A stretch of 64,000 bases of DNA from an uncultured Gemmatimonadales bacterium (GTDB lineage Bacteria; Gemmatimonadota; Gemmatimonadetes; Longimicrobiales; Longimicrobiaceae). Shown in pieces: positions 1 through 10,530 of the stretch. The position numbers were made by a program, and so were the translations under genes. The stretch lies in the NCBI GenBank assembly GCA_963716255.1, contig OY970303.1, positions 288,001 through 352,000 of the forward strand. Reading direction: 5' to 3'. The notes beneath the pieces are model-generated. The model did no database searches. It was not told the DNA's origin and saw only the letters and a list, made by a program, of their open reading frames with translations. Each line of letters starts with the position of its first letter. Positions within the stretch are counted from its first letter, which is position 1.

Positions 1-677
1 TTGTGCAGCGCCGCGCCCTCCATCTCGTGCAGCGAGTACCGCCGCGCCGCGCGTAGGCAGCGCTGGTGGTACAGCCGCGCCTTCGGAAAGCGGCCCTTCT
101 GCACGTACAGGTTGCCGAGCCCCGCGTAGCCCTCGGCGTACGCCTGCCATTCCCGCGTGAGCCGCGCCAGGACGATGGCGTGCTCGAACCAGCTTTCCGC
201 GCGCTCGTACTCCGCCCGCATTCGCGCGAGCCTCCCCACGGCCACCGCGAGCGACGCGTCCTCCGCGTCCGCGGCGGCGGCCGCCTGCGCGAAGGCCAGC
301 GCCGTGGCGAGCTTTCCCCGCCCCTCCGCCCAGCGCGCCACCTCCCCGCACGCCTCCACCACCCGCGGCACGTCCACCACGCGCGGGTTTTCCAGCAGCC
401 CCGCGAGCAGCGCCAGCGCCGCCCGCAGCTCGTCGTCCAGCTCCGCCGCTTCCAGCCGTCCCAGCCGCAGCGCCGCGGCGCCCGGCGCGAACAGCCGCAG
501 CCGCGGCCCGGCCTGGCCCCACAGGTGAACGCTGCGGCACGTCTGCCAGAGGAGAAGCGCCGGCTCCTCGGGAAGCTCCTCCAGAACCTCCGAACCGGGG
601 AGCATCCGGAGCTCGGCAGAGCGGGTGAGCGGCGGCGGGACCCGTCGGACGGTCCGCCCGGTGCGCTTGTGCGTCAT
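1..677 (-). CDS. TPR-like helical repeat protein (partial, runs off window start)
   Basis: Not in the ORF track because it has no stop in the window. Manual translation from ATG 677 gives MTHKRTG...VGRLARMRAEYERAESWFEHAIVLARLTREWQAYAEGYAGLGNLYVQKGRFPKARLYHQRCL, with TPR-like A/G/Y spacing. Confidence 0.65.
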   Translation of the reverse strand, partial: MTHKRTGRTVRRVPPPLTRSAELRMLPGSEVLEELPEEPALLLWQTCRSVHLWGQAGPRLRLFAPGAAALRLGRLEAAELDDELRAALALLAGLLENPRVVDVPRVVEACGEVARWAEGRGKLATALAFAQAAAAADAEDASLAVAVGRLARMRAEYERAESWFEHAIVLARLTREWQAYAEGYAGLGNLYVQKGRFPKARLYHQRCLRAARRYSLHEMEGAALH

Positions 678-773
678 GGCGAATGTGATGAAGAGATGCA
701 GTTGAGACAGCCTTGAACATGATACCGGCGTCCGGGACGCCGGACAACCATTTTGTCCGGAAACATACTCCCG

Positions 774-1106
774 TCAGCGCCGGCTCCAGCGGATGCGCTC
801 GTACGCCGCGCGCTCGTCCGGGAAGTCGAAGACCGGGTCGTCCAGCGCGTACGGGACGACCGAAACCTCCCAGAGCTGCGACGTGCGCAGGAGCCCGGTC
901 CTCGCCCGGCCGAAGTACGCCACCGGGCCGGGCTCCCACTCCGCGGCCTGCCAGTTTACACGCACGCCCTGGAAGTCCGGATGGTCGCGGATCACCTCGA
1001 AGGCCGCGTCCGGGGTGGTGAAGATCCCCACCACCTCGCGCGGGGACCGCGCCCCGCCCGGGTACTGCATCTCCCTGCTCAGCAGCCAGAAAACTTCCTC
1101 CCGCAT
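774..1106 (-). CDS. hypothetical protein (110 aa)
   Basis: GGGGAGG RBS before ATG 1106 (MREEVFWLL...); protein-like composition; no family recognised. Confidence 0.6.
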   Translation of the reverse strand: MREEVFWLLSREMQYPGGARSPREVVGIFTTPDAAFEVIRDHPDFQGVRVNWQAAEWEPGPVAYFGRARTGLLRTSQLWEVSVVPYALDDPVFDFPDERAAYERIRWSRR

Positions 1107-1363
1107 TGCCGCCTCCCCACTCGCCGTGACCGGTTTCGCCGTCGCCCGGGAAGATGCGACGCCGAAACTCGTGCCACGGCGGGAACCATGCGGATGAGGG
1201 GTGACGGGCGGGCCGCGGCCGGGGGGGGCGGGGACAGGCGCGGGGCGGGCGCGGCAAATACGTGACAGATCTACATTTACATTGCCGCGGCACCCCCCGC
1301 CGGAGTACCTTGCGGTGCGCACTTCCCATCCGGCGGCGCGCCCCCTCTGACGGGAGACCTGCC

Positions 1364-3319
1364 ATGAGCGCGCCCCTGCGCCCCACCTCGCTCTACTTCT
1401 CCGACCTCACCTCGTTCGCGGGGTGGACGCCCGGCGCCGATCCGATGGATCCTTTCCGGATCGCCCTGGTGCCGCTCCGGCCGCGCGGCGGCCAGCCGGC
1501 CGGTCTTCTGGTGCAGGCCTGCCACGACTACGAGGGCGGGTACGTGGTGAACGCCGACCTGTACCCGCAGGGCACCGACGACCCGGACACGTACAACTTC
1601 TCCTACTGGCAGTACCTGGACCAGTTCATCTACTTCAGCCACCACCGGTTGGGAATCCCCCCGTCGTGGTGGATGAACGCCGCGCACCAGAACGGCATCC
1701 CGGTCCTGGGGACCCTGATCTTCGAGAACGACGGCCAGCCGGACCTTGACCTGCTGGTGCACACGCCGGGGAAGGACGGGTCGCCGTACCTGTACGTCGA
1801 CCTGCTCGTCGGGGCGGCGGAATACTACGGCTTCGACGGCTGGCTCTGGAACGTGGAGACGTCGCTTCCCGGGAGCGTGTCGGTCGCGGAGTTCGAGGCC
1901 TTCGTCCTGGCGCTCACCCGCGCCATGCACGAGATGCTCCCCGGCTCGCTCGTCATCTGGTACGACTCGCTGACCGTGGAGGGCGGCGTCTCGTACCAGA
2001 ACGCGCTGAACGGGCAGAACAACCCCTTCTTCCTCGCCACCGACGGCATCCTCACCAACTACTGGTGGAACCCCGAGTACGGGGAGCCCGTGGCCTCGGC
2101 GCGGTACGCTGAGTCGGAAGGGCGGTCCCCCCGCCAGGTGTATTCCGGGATCGACGTGATCGCCCGGGGCACGTACTACGGGCCCGGGTTCGACATCTAC
2201 GAGCCGCTGAGCCAGTGCGTGAAGGCGGGCACCTCGGCCAGCCTGTTCGCCCCCGTGTGGTCGTTCTGGAAGACCACCAGCCACGCCCAGTTCGAGGAGC
2301 GGGACCGGCGGCTCTGGACGGGCGAGACGGCGGCGCACTGCCCGGGATCGAACGTGGACTGCGTGGCGCAGTACGTCCCGGAGCGCCCGGTGCCGGCCGG
2401 GCTCCCGCTGGCCACCAACTTCGACCAGGGGCAGGGGGAGCGCTTCTGGGTGGAAGGACGGACGGGCTCGCCTGCGGGGTGGAGCAACCTGAGCCTGCAG
2501 GGGCTGCTCCCCACCTGGCGCTTCTGCACGGTGGACGGGGCGGGGCCGTTCACGGCGGGGTGGGACCAGGCCGTGGCGTTCGACGGGGGAACGTCGCTGC
2601 GGATCTCGGCCCGGGGGGCCACCGGCCAGGAGCGGGCCGTGTACCGCCTCTTCGCGGCCCACGCGGTCCTCGACGAGCCTCTCGTCCTCACCTGGACCTG
2701 GCAGCCCCTGGACGCCCTGGCGCACCCGCAGATCGCCGTCGTGCTCGCGTTCTCGGACGGCACCTCGCGGGACTACCCGGCCGAATCCACCCGGCCCGTG
2801 GGGGACGGCTGGCGGAGCTCGGTCTGCACCGTCGGGGCGCTCCCGGCCGGGAAGACGCTTGCCAGGGTGGACGTCGTGATCGGCCCGTCCAACAACGGCG
2901 CGGTCCCGGAGGAGTACGGGGTGCGCATCGGGGCGCTCTCGGTGGCGCCGAAGTCGTGGGCGGCGCCGGTCTCCGTGCGGGACCTCGCCCCGCGGGACGC
3001 CACCTGGTCCGGCGGCGCGGTCACCCTGTACCTGCTGTGGAGCTACCCCGCCGGCGCCGCGCGCTACTACGACGTGTGGCAGGTGCACGGAGACGGCAGC
3101 GCCACCTGGCTGGTGCGCGCCGCCTGCAACGCCGCCTGGCTGGAGAGCGTCGCTCCGGGACCCTCCGACGGCGGGGTGGTGGCGCTCGCCGTGCAGCCGG
3201 TGGACTACGCGGGGATGCGCCAGCCGCTGAACGCGGCCGCCACCGCGCGGATCGCGCCGGGGGGCCCGGCGCTGATGGTGGCCGGCGGGCCCGCCGGGGC
3301 CACCGTGGCCGGGGCCTGA
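1364..3319 (+). CDS. endo-beta-N-acetylglucosaminidase, glycoside hydrolase family 85
   Basis: Motifs FSYWQYLDQFIYFSHH, NAAHQNGIPVLGTLIFE, GFDGWLWNVE (catalytic NxE) and VIWYDS...YQNALN; GGAG before ATG 1364. Confidence 0.9.
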   Translation: MSAPLRPTSLYFSDLTSFAGWTPGADPMDPFRIALVPLRPRGGQPAGLLVQACHDYEGGYVVNADLYPQGTDDPDTYNFSYWQYLDQFIYFSHHRLGIPPSWWMNAAHQNGIPVLGTLIFENDGQPDLDLLVHTPGKDGSPYLYVDLLVGAAEYYGFDGWLWNVETSLPGSVSVAEFEAFVLALTRAMHEMLPGSLVIWYDSLTVEGGVSYQNALNGQNNPFFLATDGILTNYWWNPEYGEPVASARYAESEGRSPRQVYSGIDVIARGTYYGPGFDIYEPLSQCVKAGTSASLFAPVWSFWKTTSHAQFEERDRRLWTGETAAHCPGSNVDCVAQYVPERPVPAGLPLATNFDQGQGERFWVEGRTGSPAGWSNLSLQGLLPTWRFCTVDGAGPFTAGWDQAVAFDGGTSLRISARGATGQERAVYRLFAAHAVLDEPLVLTWTWQPLDALAHPQIAVVLAFSDGTSRDYPAESTRPVGDGWRSSVCTVGALPAGKTLARVDVVIGPSNNGAVPEEYGVRIGALSVAPKSWAAPVSVRDLAPRDATWSGGAVTLYLLWSYPAGAARYYDVWQVHGDGSATWLVRAACNAAWLESVAPGPSDGGVVALAVQPVDYAGMRQPLNAAATARIAPGGPALMVAGGPAGATVAGA

Positions 3320-3360
3320 CCGCCGTCCGGGAGGTGCGTGGGACCGGGCGCCCGCGCGCG

Positions 3361-3930
3361 TCACTCCCCCGCCAGCCCCAGCTCGGGCGCGATCCCCCGC
3401 ATGGCCTCGATCACGAACTGCGTGTGCTCCCCGAGGTCCTCGCCCAGCAGCCCCACCGCGTGCCGCACCTCCTCGCGGTCGACGCCGGCGGCGAACGCCC
3501 GGTCCTTGAACTTCTTGAGCACCGACTTGGCCTCCAGGTCCATGACGGAGCGGGAGGGCCGCACCAGGGCGGCGGCGGTCACCAGCCCGGTGATCTCGTC
3601 GCACGCCCACAGGGTGCGGTCCAGCAGCGTTTCCGGCTGCACGCCGGTGCGCGCGGCGTAGTGGGCCAGCACGGCGTGCACCAGCTCCTCGGGATAGCCG
3701 CGCTCGCGCAGGACCCGCGCGCCGCGCAGGGGGTGCTCGTCCGGGTGCTCCTCGTAGTCGAAGTCGTGGAGCAGCCCCGCGGCGCCGAACAGCTCCTCGT
3801 CTTCGCCGAAGCGGCGGGCATAGGCGCGGCAGGCCGCCTCCACCGAGTACATGTGGCGGCGGAGGGATTCGCTCCGGACGTGGTCGTGCATGAGCGCGAG
3901 GGACTCCTCGCGCGGCGGAAGGCTCGCCAT
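3361..3930 (-). CDS. HD-domain metal-dependent phosphohydrolase
   Basis: RRHMYSVE, GLLHDFDYE, H...H and ACDEITG motifs; start at MASLPPREES. Confidence 0.85.
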   Translation of the reverse strand: MASLPPREESLALMHDHVRSESLRRHMYSVEAACRAYARRFGEDEELFGAAGLLHDFDYEEHPDEHPLRGARVLRERGYPEELVHAVLAHYAARTGVQPETLLDRTLWACDEITGLVTAAALVRPSRSVMDLEAKSVLKKFKDRAFAAGVDREEVRHAVGLLGEDLGEHTQFVIEAMRGIAPELGLAGE

Positions 3931-4012
3931 GGTCTCGCGTGCGCTGGGCGTGGCGGTGCGTCCGGGGCCGCCCGGCCCCGGGGAGGGCGCGCAATCTACG
4001 CGGCGCCGGCGG

Positions 4013-5101
4013 CTACCGCACCTCGGGGGAGGGGGCCGCCACGCTGTCCGCCGCGGGCCGCCGCCGCGACGCCGAGTGCACCTCGCCGCCCACGTCGCGG
4101 TACCCGCGCAGCACCAGCCGCCCGCCCAGGCTCCGCCCCACCTCCGGCATCCGCAGGTACCAGCGCTCGATGATCCAGGCACCGGTGGGGAGCCTGCGGA
4201 ACTCCACGCGTCCGCCCACCCCGCGCCAGTCGTCCTCGCGGGGGAGGTTGCGGTAGCGGAACTCCAGGTGCCGCAGCTCGGCGCTGCGCGGGTCGATCCA
4301 CAGCGTCCCCGCCACGTCCGTGACCCGGCGCCCGCGCACCGGCTCGAAGGCGAGCCCCAGCAGCCCCCGCGTGGCGCCGCGGCCGCGCTCGGTGTGGAAG
4401 CAGTGCGTGTCCAGGAACCCGTCCGAGAGCAGCACCCGGGCGTCGGGGGCGTAGTACCAGGCGACGTCGCCCTCGACGTGGCGGTAGCCGGCGCGCGCCA
4501 GCTCCTCGGGGTCGAGGGTGACGAACGGGTTGAGGGTGGGGCCCTCGTAATTCCTGCGCTCCTCGGACACGACCTTGCGGCCGCGCCGGTCGAGGGTGCG
4601 CGCGAACTCGGTGGCGGCCACGTGCAGCGACTCGGCGTGCTCGGTCCACGCGGACACCGCCAGCGCCTTGCGCGCCTCCTCCCACAGCGCCGCCGCGGCC
4701 GCGTCGTCGTGGGCCCGCACGGCGCAGGTGGTGGCCCCGCCCACCACGATGGCCTCCAGCGCCACCGCCTGCCCGGTCACGGCCATGCGGTAGGGCAGCA
4801 CCGCGCCCTCCTCCAGCCGCAGCGGCGGCGACGCCGCGCTGGCGTAGCCGATGCGCTCGGCGCGCAGGGTGTACGTGCCGGGCCCGCCGGCGCGCAGCAC
4901 GAAGCCGCCCGCGCTGTCGCTGAGGGCGCGGGCCACGGGAGTCCCGGCGCCGTCCTGGAGGATCACGAAGGCGGCGGCGACGGGCCGCCCGCCGTCGTCC
5001 ACCACCTCGCCGCGCACCGCCTGGGCCCGGAGCGGGGCGGCGGAGGCCAGCAGGAGCGGGAGCGGGAGCGGGAGCGCGGCCGCGGCGAGCCGAAGTCTCA
5101 T
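4013..5101 (-). CDS. secreted protein with carboxypeptidase-regulatory-like domain
   Basis: Signal peptide ending LRA-Q, then VRGEVVDDGGRPVAAAFV...SDSAGGF...PGTYTLRAERIGY. Confidence 0.7.
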   Translation of the reverse strand: MRLRLAAAALPLPLPLLLASAAPLRAQAVRGEVVDDGGRPVAAAFVILQDGAGTPVARALSDSAGGFVLRAGGPGTYTLRAERIGYASAASPPLRLEEGAVLPYRMAVTGQAVALEAIVVGGATTCAVRAHDDAAAAALWEEARKALAVSAWTEHAESLHVAATEFARTLDRRGRKVVSEERRNYEGPTLNPFVTLDPEELARAGYRHVEGDVAWYYAPDARVLLSDGFLDTHCFHTERGRGATRGLLGLAFEPVRGRRVTDVAGTLWIDPRSAELRHLEFRYRNLPREDDWRGVGGRVEFRRLPTGAWIIERWYLRMPEVGRSLGGRLVLRGYRDVGGEVHSASRRRPAADSVAAPSPEVR

Positions 5102-5159
5102 GGGACGGCGAGGCTGGAGGAAGCGCCGAAGCCGGGTCGCGGACGCCGGCGCGAGCCCC

Positions 5160-5288
5160 GCGTGAGGGATTCCGGCCCGGAGGGGCGAGACCCGCGGGCA
5201 GTTTCGCGGGGCTCGACTCCGTTACGCACGGTTGTTTCGTGCGTTACGGAGCCGAAGCCCGACCCCGGCGCCAGCCGGGGGCACGCCC
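5160..5288 (-). repeat. family A structured repeat, copy 1 (129 bp)
   Basis: GCGTGAGGGAT...AGCCCGACCCCGGCGCCAGCCGGGGGCACGCCC on the + strand; matches five other copies. Confidence 0.95.
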
Positions 5289-5316
5289 GGATCCGGCTGT
5301 TCGACCGGATCCGTCC

Positions 5317-6057
5317 TCAGTACGCGGAGATGGTCATGCGCAGCTGCTCGCGGAACGCGCGCGGGGCGCCGTCGATGGTGCCGGGCGTGAACTTCATCTG
5401 CATGGCGATGAACAGGTAGTAGTCGTCCACCGGCCTGGACCCGCTGGTCTCGCCGACGCCCGCCCACAGCACGGTGCCGGCGCGGTCCACCAGCAGGTCC
5501 ACGCTCCCCACCCGGGAGCCCTTCGTGCCCGCATCGCCCATGCCCTCGTAGCTGGATTCCATCTGGGCGGCCATCTGCAGGTAGCTGCGGACGACGGCCA
5601 GGTTGCGGACGTGGGGGAGGCAGAACCGGACGGGGTGGTCCGCGGGGAGCTCTCCGCCGCCGCCCAGGTCCACCCAGAAGAACATGCGCTCGCGCTGCGG
5701 GTGCGAGTCCAGGTACGCGTTTGCGACCCCGAGGAGCCGCTGCTGGGCGGGCGCGGGGAGGTTGCTCCCGAGCACCTGCACGCCGGGGTTCGCGCCGGCG
5801 CTGTCGGTCGTCAGCAGGAACACGCCGGCGGGCGGCTGCTGCACGGCGCTGCGCGCGACCACCCGCAGGACGGCGGCCATGGTGTCCAGCCCGGGCGCGT
5901 AGCTCGCGGTGCCGGGGAAGCTCCCCGCCGGGCGCTCGCCGCACACCGGCTCACGCGGGTAGCGCTGCTGGGCGGAGGCGGCGGCCGACGCGGCGGCGAG
6001 GAGGGCGAGAGCGAGAGCGAAGGAAGCGGCGGCGCGGGCGAGCGGGTTTCGGTGCAT
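5317..6057 (-). CDS. secreted protein with TonB C-terminal-like domain
   Basis: Signal peptide (ASA-Q); C-terminus VDLLVDRAGTV...TSGSRPVD...MKFTPGTIDGAP resembles TonB_C. Confidence 0.6.
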   Translation of the reverse strand: MHRNPLARAAASFALALALLAAASAAASAQQRYPREPVCGERPAGSFPGTASYAPGLDTMAAVLRVVARSAVQQPPAGVFLLTTDSAGANPGVQVLGSNLPAPAQQRLLGVANAYLDSHPQRERMFFWVDLGGGGELPADHPVRFCLPHVRNLAVVRSYLQMAAQMESSYEGMGDAGTKGSRVGSVDLLVDRAGTVLWAGVGETSGSRPVDDYYLFIAMQMKFTPGTIDGAPRAFREQLRMTISAY

Positions 6058-6175
6058 GGGAGCGGAAGGCGAAAAGGAAGCGGAGGGCACAGAATGGCGG
6101 TGCGGCGCGGGCGAATGCCTGCCGGGGTGCATAGATGCGTCAAGCGAGGTGAAATGGCAAGACGTGCGGGAACCC

Positions 6176-6306
6176 GCGTGAGGGATGCGCGCCCGGAGGG
6201 CCGAGACCCGCTAGCGGTTCCGTCGGGGCTCGGCTGCGTGGGGAACGGTGGTATCGTTCCCCACGCAGCGCGCAGCCCGACCCGAGCGCCAGCGAGGGGC
6301 ACGCCC
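6176..6306 (-). repeat. family A structured repeat, copy 2 (diverged)
   Basis: Same termini; stems replaced by compensatory sequence (GCTGCGTGGGGAACG-GTGGTAT-CGTTCCCCACGCAGC). Confidence 0.85.
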
Positions 6307-6326
6307 AACCCCGCAGTTCAAAGCCG

Positions 6327-7733
<1,407 letters not shown>

Positions 7734-7820
7734 GAATTCTCCGGACGATGCGTGAGCGGCCGGGCGTCCGCCCGGCCGATCTGTAGTTCTACGACATTCT
7801 ACAACGGCGCGCGGCCGGCG

Positions 7821-8153
7821 TCACCCCGGCGGCCAGCGCAGCTCCGCCAGGAGCCCGCCGTCGGCGTCGTAGCACTCGGCGTGGAAGGGAATCCCGGCTT
7901 CCCGCAGCGGCGCCATGGCCCGCCCGGCGTTGGCCACGACGTCCGCCACGGGTCCGTGCACCAGCACCGGCCCGCCCCCCTCCACCACCAGCTCGGCGAA
8001 GCCGCAGCGCGCCTCCCACTCCGTCCACCCGCTGGCCCGCACCGCCCACCCGGCCCGGCCGTACGCCCGGGCGACCGCCTCCGCGGTGGCGCCGCCGCGG
8101 GCGGCGGCGAACAGGTTGCTCCCGTCGGGGAGCTCCGGCCCCGGCGCGCCCAC
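7821..8153 (-). CDS. hypothetical protein (110 aa)
   Basis: Abuts the stop of the upstream GH43 gene; protein-like composition. Confidence 0.55.
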   Translation of the reverse strand: MGAPGPELPDGSNLFAAARGGATAEAVARAYGRAGWAVRASGWTEWEARCGFAELVVEGGGPVLVHGPVADVVANAGRAMAPLREAGIPFHAECYDADGGLLAELRWPPG

Positions 8154-9800
8154 TCAGCTCCCGGAGGGCGCGGGCTCCACCGCCAGCGCCACCTCGACCG
8201 CCTGCCCGGACTCGCGCGTCCAGCTCGCCCCTCCGTCGGCGCTCACCCAGGAGTTGGCGGCCTCGGCGGAGGCGCCGGGCCGGAACGCGTAGCCGTAGCA
8301 CCCCCGCGACGTGGCCGAGCGGAGGCGGACCGCGTACTCCCTTCCCGCCTCCACCGGCACGTCCAGGAGAACTTCCAGCGGGCGCGCGGCCCAGGACGGG
8401 TCCGCGGGCGCGTCCCACGCCCCGCGCTTGGGCTCGAAGATGGTGCTGTGGGCCACGGCGCCGCCGTCGCCCACGCCACGCAGATCCACCAGCAGCGCGG
8501 CCGTGGGCTCGCCGCGCTGGTAGGTGTTCACCGTGACCGAGCGGGCGCGTCCGCTCCGGGCGGCGACGAAGCGGAACTCCCGCATCAGCGCGGGACGCCC
8601 CGCGGGCGTCGCCACGTCGCACTGCAGGCGGCGCGCGTCGGCCTCGCGGACGGGCGGGGCGGCGAGCAGGGCGGGCACGCCGTACGAGCGCTCGCAGGTG
8701 ATGGGCTGGATGCGGCCGCGGTCGTCGAAGCGGAGCGGAGCCCAGAACTGCGGGGCGGGAGCCTGGTTGAGGTCGCCGCCCTCCCTGCCGTCGCTGTTCA
8801 GCCACAGGTCGCTCTGGTACAGGTACCAGCTGCCGCCGTCCGGCGTGGGAAGCTGCGACACGTGCCCCGGCTGCCCGCCGCACGAGGTGGCGGAGATGCG
8901 CTTCCCGGTGGACCAGGGCCCCAGCGGCGCGGACGCGGTGAAGTACGCGGTGCCGGTCTGGCAGTAGGCGCAGTTGGGGTCGCCCAGCAGCACGTAGTAG
9001 ATGCCGTTGCGCTTGAACAGCGTGGGCGACTCGGTCTGGCTCACCCCCAGGCTGGCGTACCGCCCGGTTCCGCTCAGGTAGTCGGGGGTCAGCTGCTCCA
9101 CGACGATGTTGCCCCTGCCCTTGGCCCACTCCGTGTACACCACGTAGCCGGTGCCGTCGTCGTCCACGAACAGGTTCTCGTCGCCGTTGTTGATCTTGCC
9201 GGAGGGGCCGGCGGTGTTGAAGGCCAGCGTCGGGGAGCCGCGCTCCACGAAGGGGCCGGCCGGCGAGTCGGACTCCAGCACGTAGTAGCTGACGGGCCGG
9301 TCGTACACGTTGACCCACAGCACGTACTTGCCGGTGGACCGGTTGAACACCACGTGCGGGCGGAAGCACCCGTTGCTCCACCCGTGGCAGCGGGCCTGCC
9401 AGGGCTCCCAGCTCGCGACGCCGAAGAGCGGCCCGTGGTCGGTCCACTCCACCAGGTTGGGCGAGCTGTAGACCCGGAAGCCGCAGAACGGAGACGCGGC
9501 CAGCTTGTGCCACTCGAAGCCGCAGCCGTACGTCTCGCCGTACAGGTAGTAGCGCCCCTCGAACCAGCGGATCTCGCCGCCGTGCGCGTCCACCTGGCTC
9601 CCGCGGGTGTCGAAGCGCGACAGGGGCTTGCCCGAAGCGTCGAAGTTGACGAGGGTCACCGTCGAGGGGGGAAGCGCCTCCACCGTCGCGGGGGCGGACT
9701 CCACCGCGAGCGGGGCGTCGCCGCCGTCGCCGCGGCAGGCGGCGAGGGCGAGGAGGAGCGCGGCCGCGAGGGCGCCGCGGAGCGGTGAGGATCGACGCAC
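8154..9800 (-). CDS. GH43-family glycoside hydrolase lipoprotein
   Basis: Lipobox LAAC; DAHGG...YYLYGE, YSSPNLVEW, FRPHVVFN..TGKYVLW, LFVDDDGTGY and ESPTLFKRNGIYY are typical five-blade propeller motifs; extra C-terminal beta domain. Confidence 0.85.
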   Translation of the reverse strand: MRRSSPLRGALAAALLLALAACRGDGGDAPLAVESAPATVEALPPSTVTLVNFDASGKPLSRFDTRGSQVDAHGGEIRWFEGRYYLYGETYGCGFEWHKLAASPFCGFRVYSSPNLVEWTDHGPLFGVASWEPWQARCHGWSNGCFRPHVVFNRSTGKYVLWVNVYDRPVSYYVLESDSPAGPFVERGSPTLAFNTAGPSGKINNGDENLFVDDDGTGYVVYTEWAKGRGNIVVEQLTPDYLSGTGRYASLGVSQTESPTLFKRNGIYYVLLGDPNCAYCQTGTAYFTASAPLGPWSTGKRISATSCGGQPGHVSQLPTPDGGSWYLYQSDLWLNSDGREGGDLNQAPAPQFWAPLRFDDRGRIQPITCERSYGVPALLAAPPVREADARRLQCDVATPAGRPALMREFRFVAARSGRARSVTVNTYQRGEPTAALLVDLRGVGDGGAVAHSTIFEPKRGAWDAPADPSWAARPLEVLLDVPVEAGREYAVRLRSATSRGCYGYAFRPGASAEAANSWVSADGGASWTRESGQAVEVALAVEPAPSGS

Positions 9801-9864
9801 GGGTCTGCCGGTGGAGGTGAGGTGTTGCGGGCGATGGACGGCGGGACCGGAGGCGCGGCCGGGG

Positions 9865-10530
9865 TCAGGCCGTGCGCTCCGGGTGCGGGGCGGACGGGCA
9901 GACCTCGGCCAGCGTGCAGCGGTCGCAGAAGGCCCTGCGCGCGGTGCACACCGCGCGGCCGTGGTCGATGACGCGGTGCGTGAACACCACGCGCGACTCC
10001 GGCGGGAGCAGCCGGAGCAGGTCCTGCTCGATGCGCTCCGGGTCCTCCTCGCGGGTGAGCCCCAGGCGGAAGGCGATGCGCTTGACGTGGGTGTCCACCA
10101 CCACCCCGTCCGCCTCGCCGAAGGCGATCCCCCGCACCACGTTGGCCGTCTTGCGCCCCACGCCGGGGAGCGCCGTGAGGGCGTCCATCCCGCGCGGGAC
10201 CTCGCCGCCGTGCAGCGCCACCAGAGCCCGCCCCAGCCCGATGAGCGCCTTGGCCTTGTTACGGTAGAAGTTGACCGCGCGGATCTGTTCCTCCATCTCC
10301 TCCTGCGACGCGGCGGCGAGGTCGGCGGCGGTGGGGAAGCGGGCGAAGAGCCCCGGGGTGACCCGGTTCACCAGGGCGTCGGTGCACTGCGCGGAGAGCA
10401 CGGTGGCGACCAGCAGCTGCAGGGGGGTCTCGTGGTCCAGCGAGCACTTGCTCTCGGGGTACAGCCCCGCGAGCCCTTCAAGGATGCGGGCGGTCCGCGC
10501 CTGGCGCGCCGCCCTGCTTTCTCTGGGCAA
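9865..10530 (-). CDS. nth: endonuclease III
   Basis: LSAQCTD, HhH motif LPGVGRKTANVV, VDTHV and Fe-S motif C-x6-C-x2-C-x5-C. Confidence 0.97.
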   Translation of the reverse strand: MPRESRAARQARTARILEGLAGLYPESKCSLDHETPLQLLVATVLSAQCTDALVNRVTPGLFARFPTAADLAAASQEEMEEQIRAVNFYRNKAKALIGLGRALVALHGGEVPRGMDALTALPGVGRKTANVVRGIAFGEADGVVVDTHVKRIAFRLGLTREEDPERIEQDLLRLLPPESRVVFTHRVIDHGRAVCTARRAFCDRCTLAEVCPSAPHPERTA

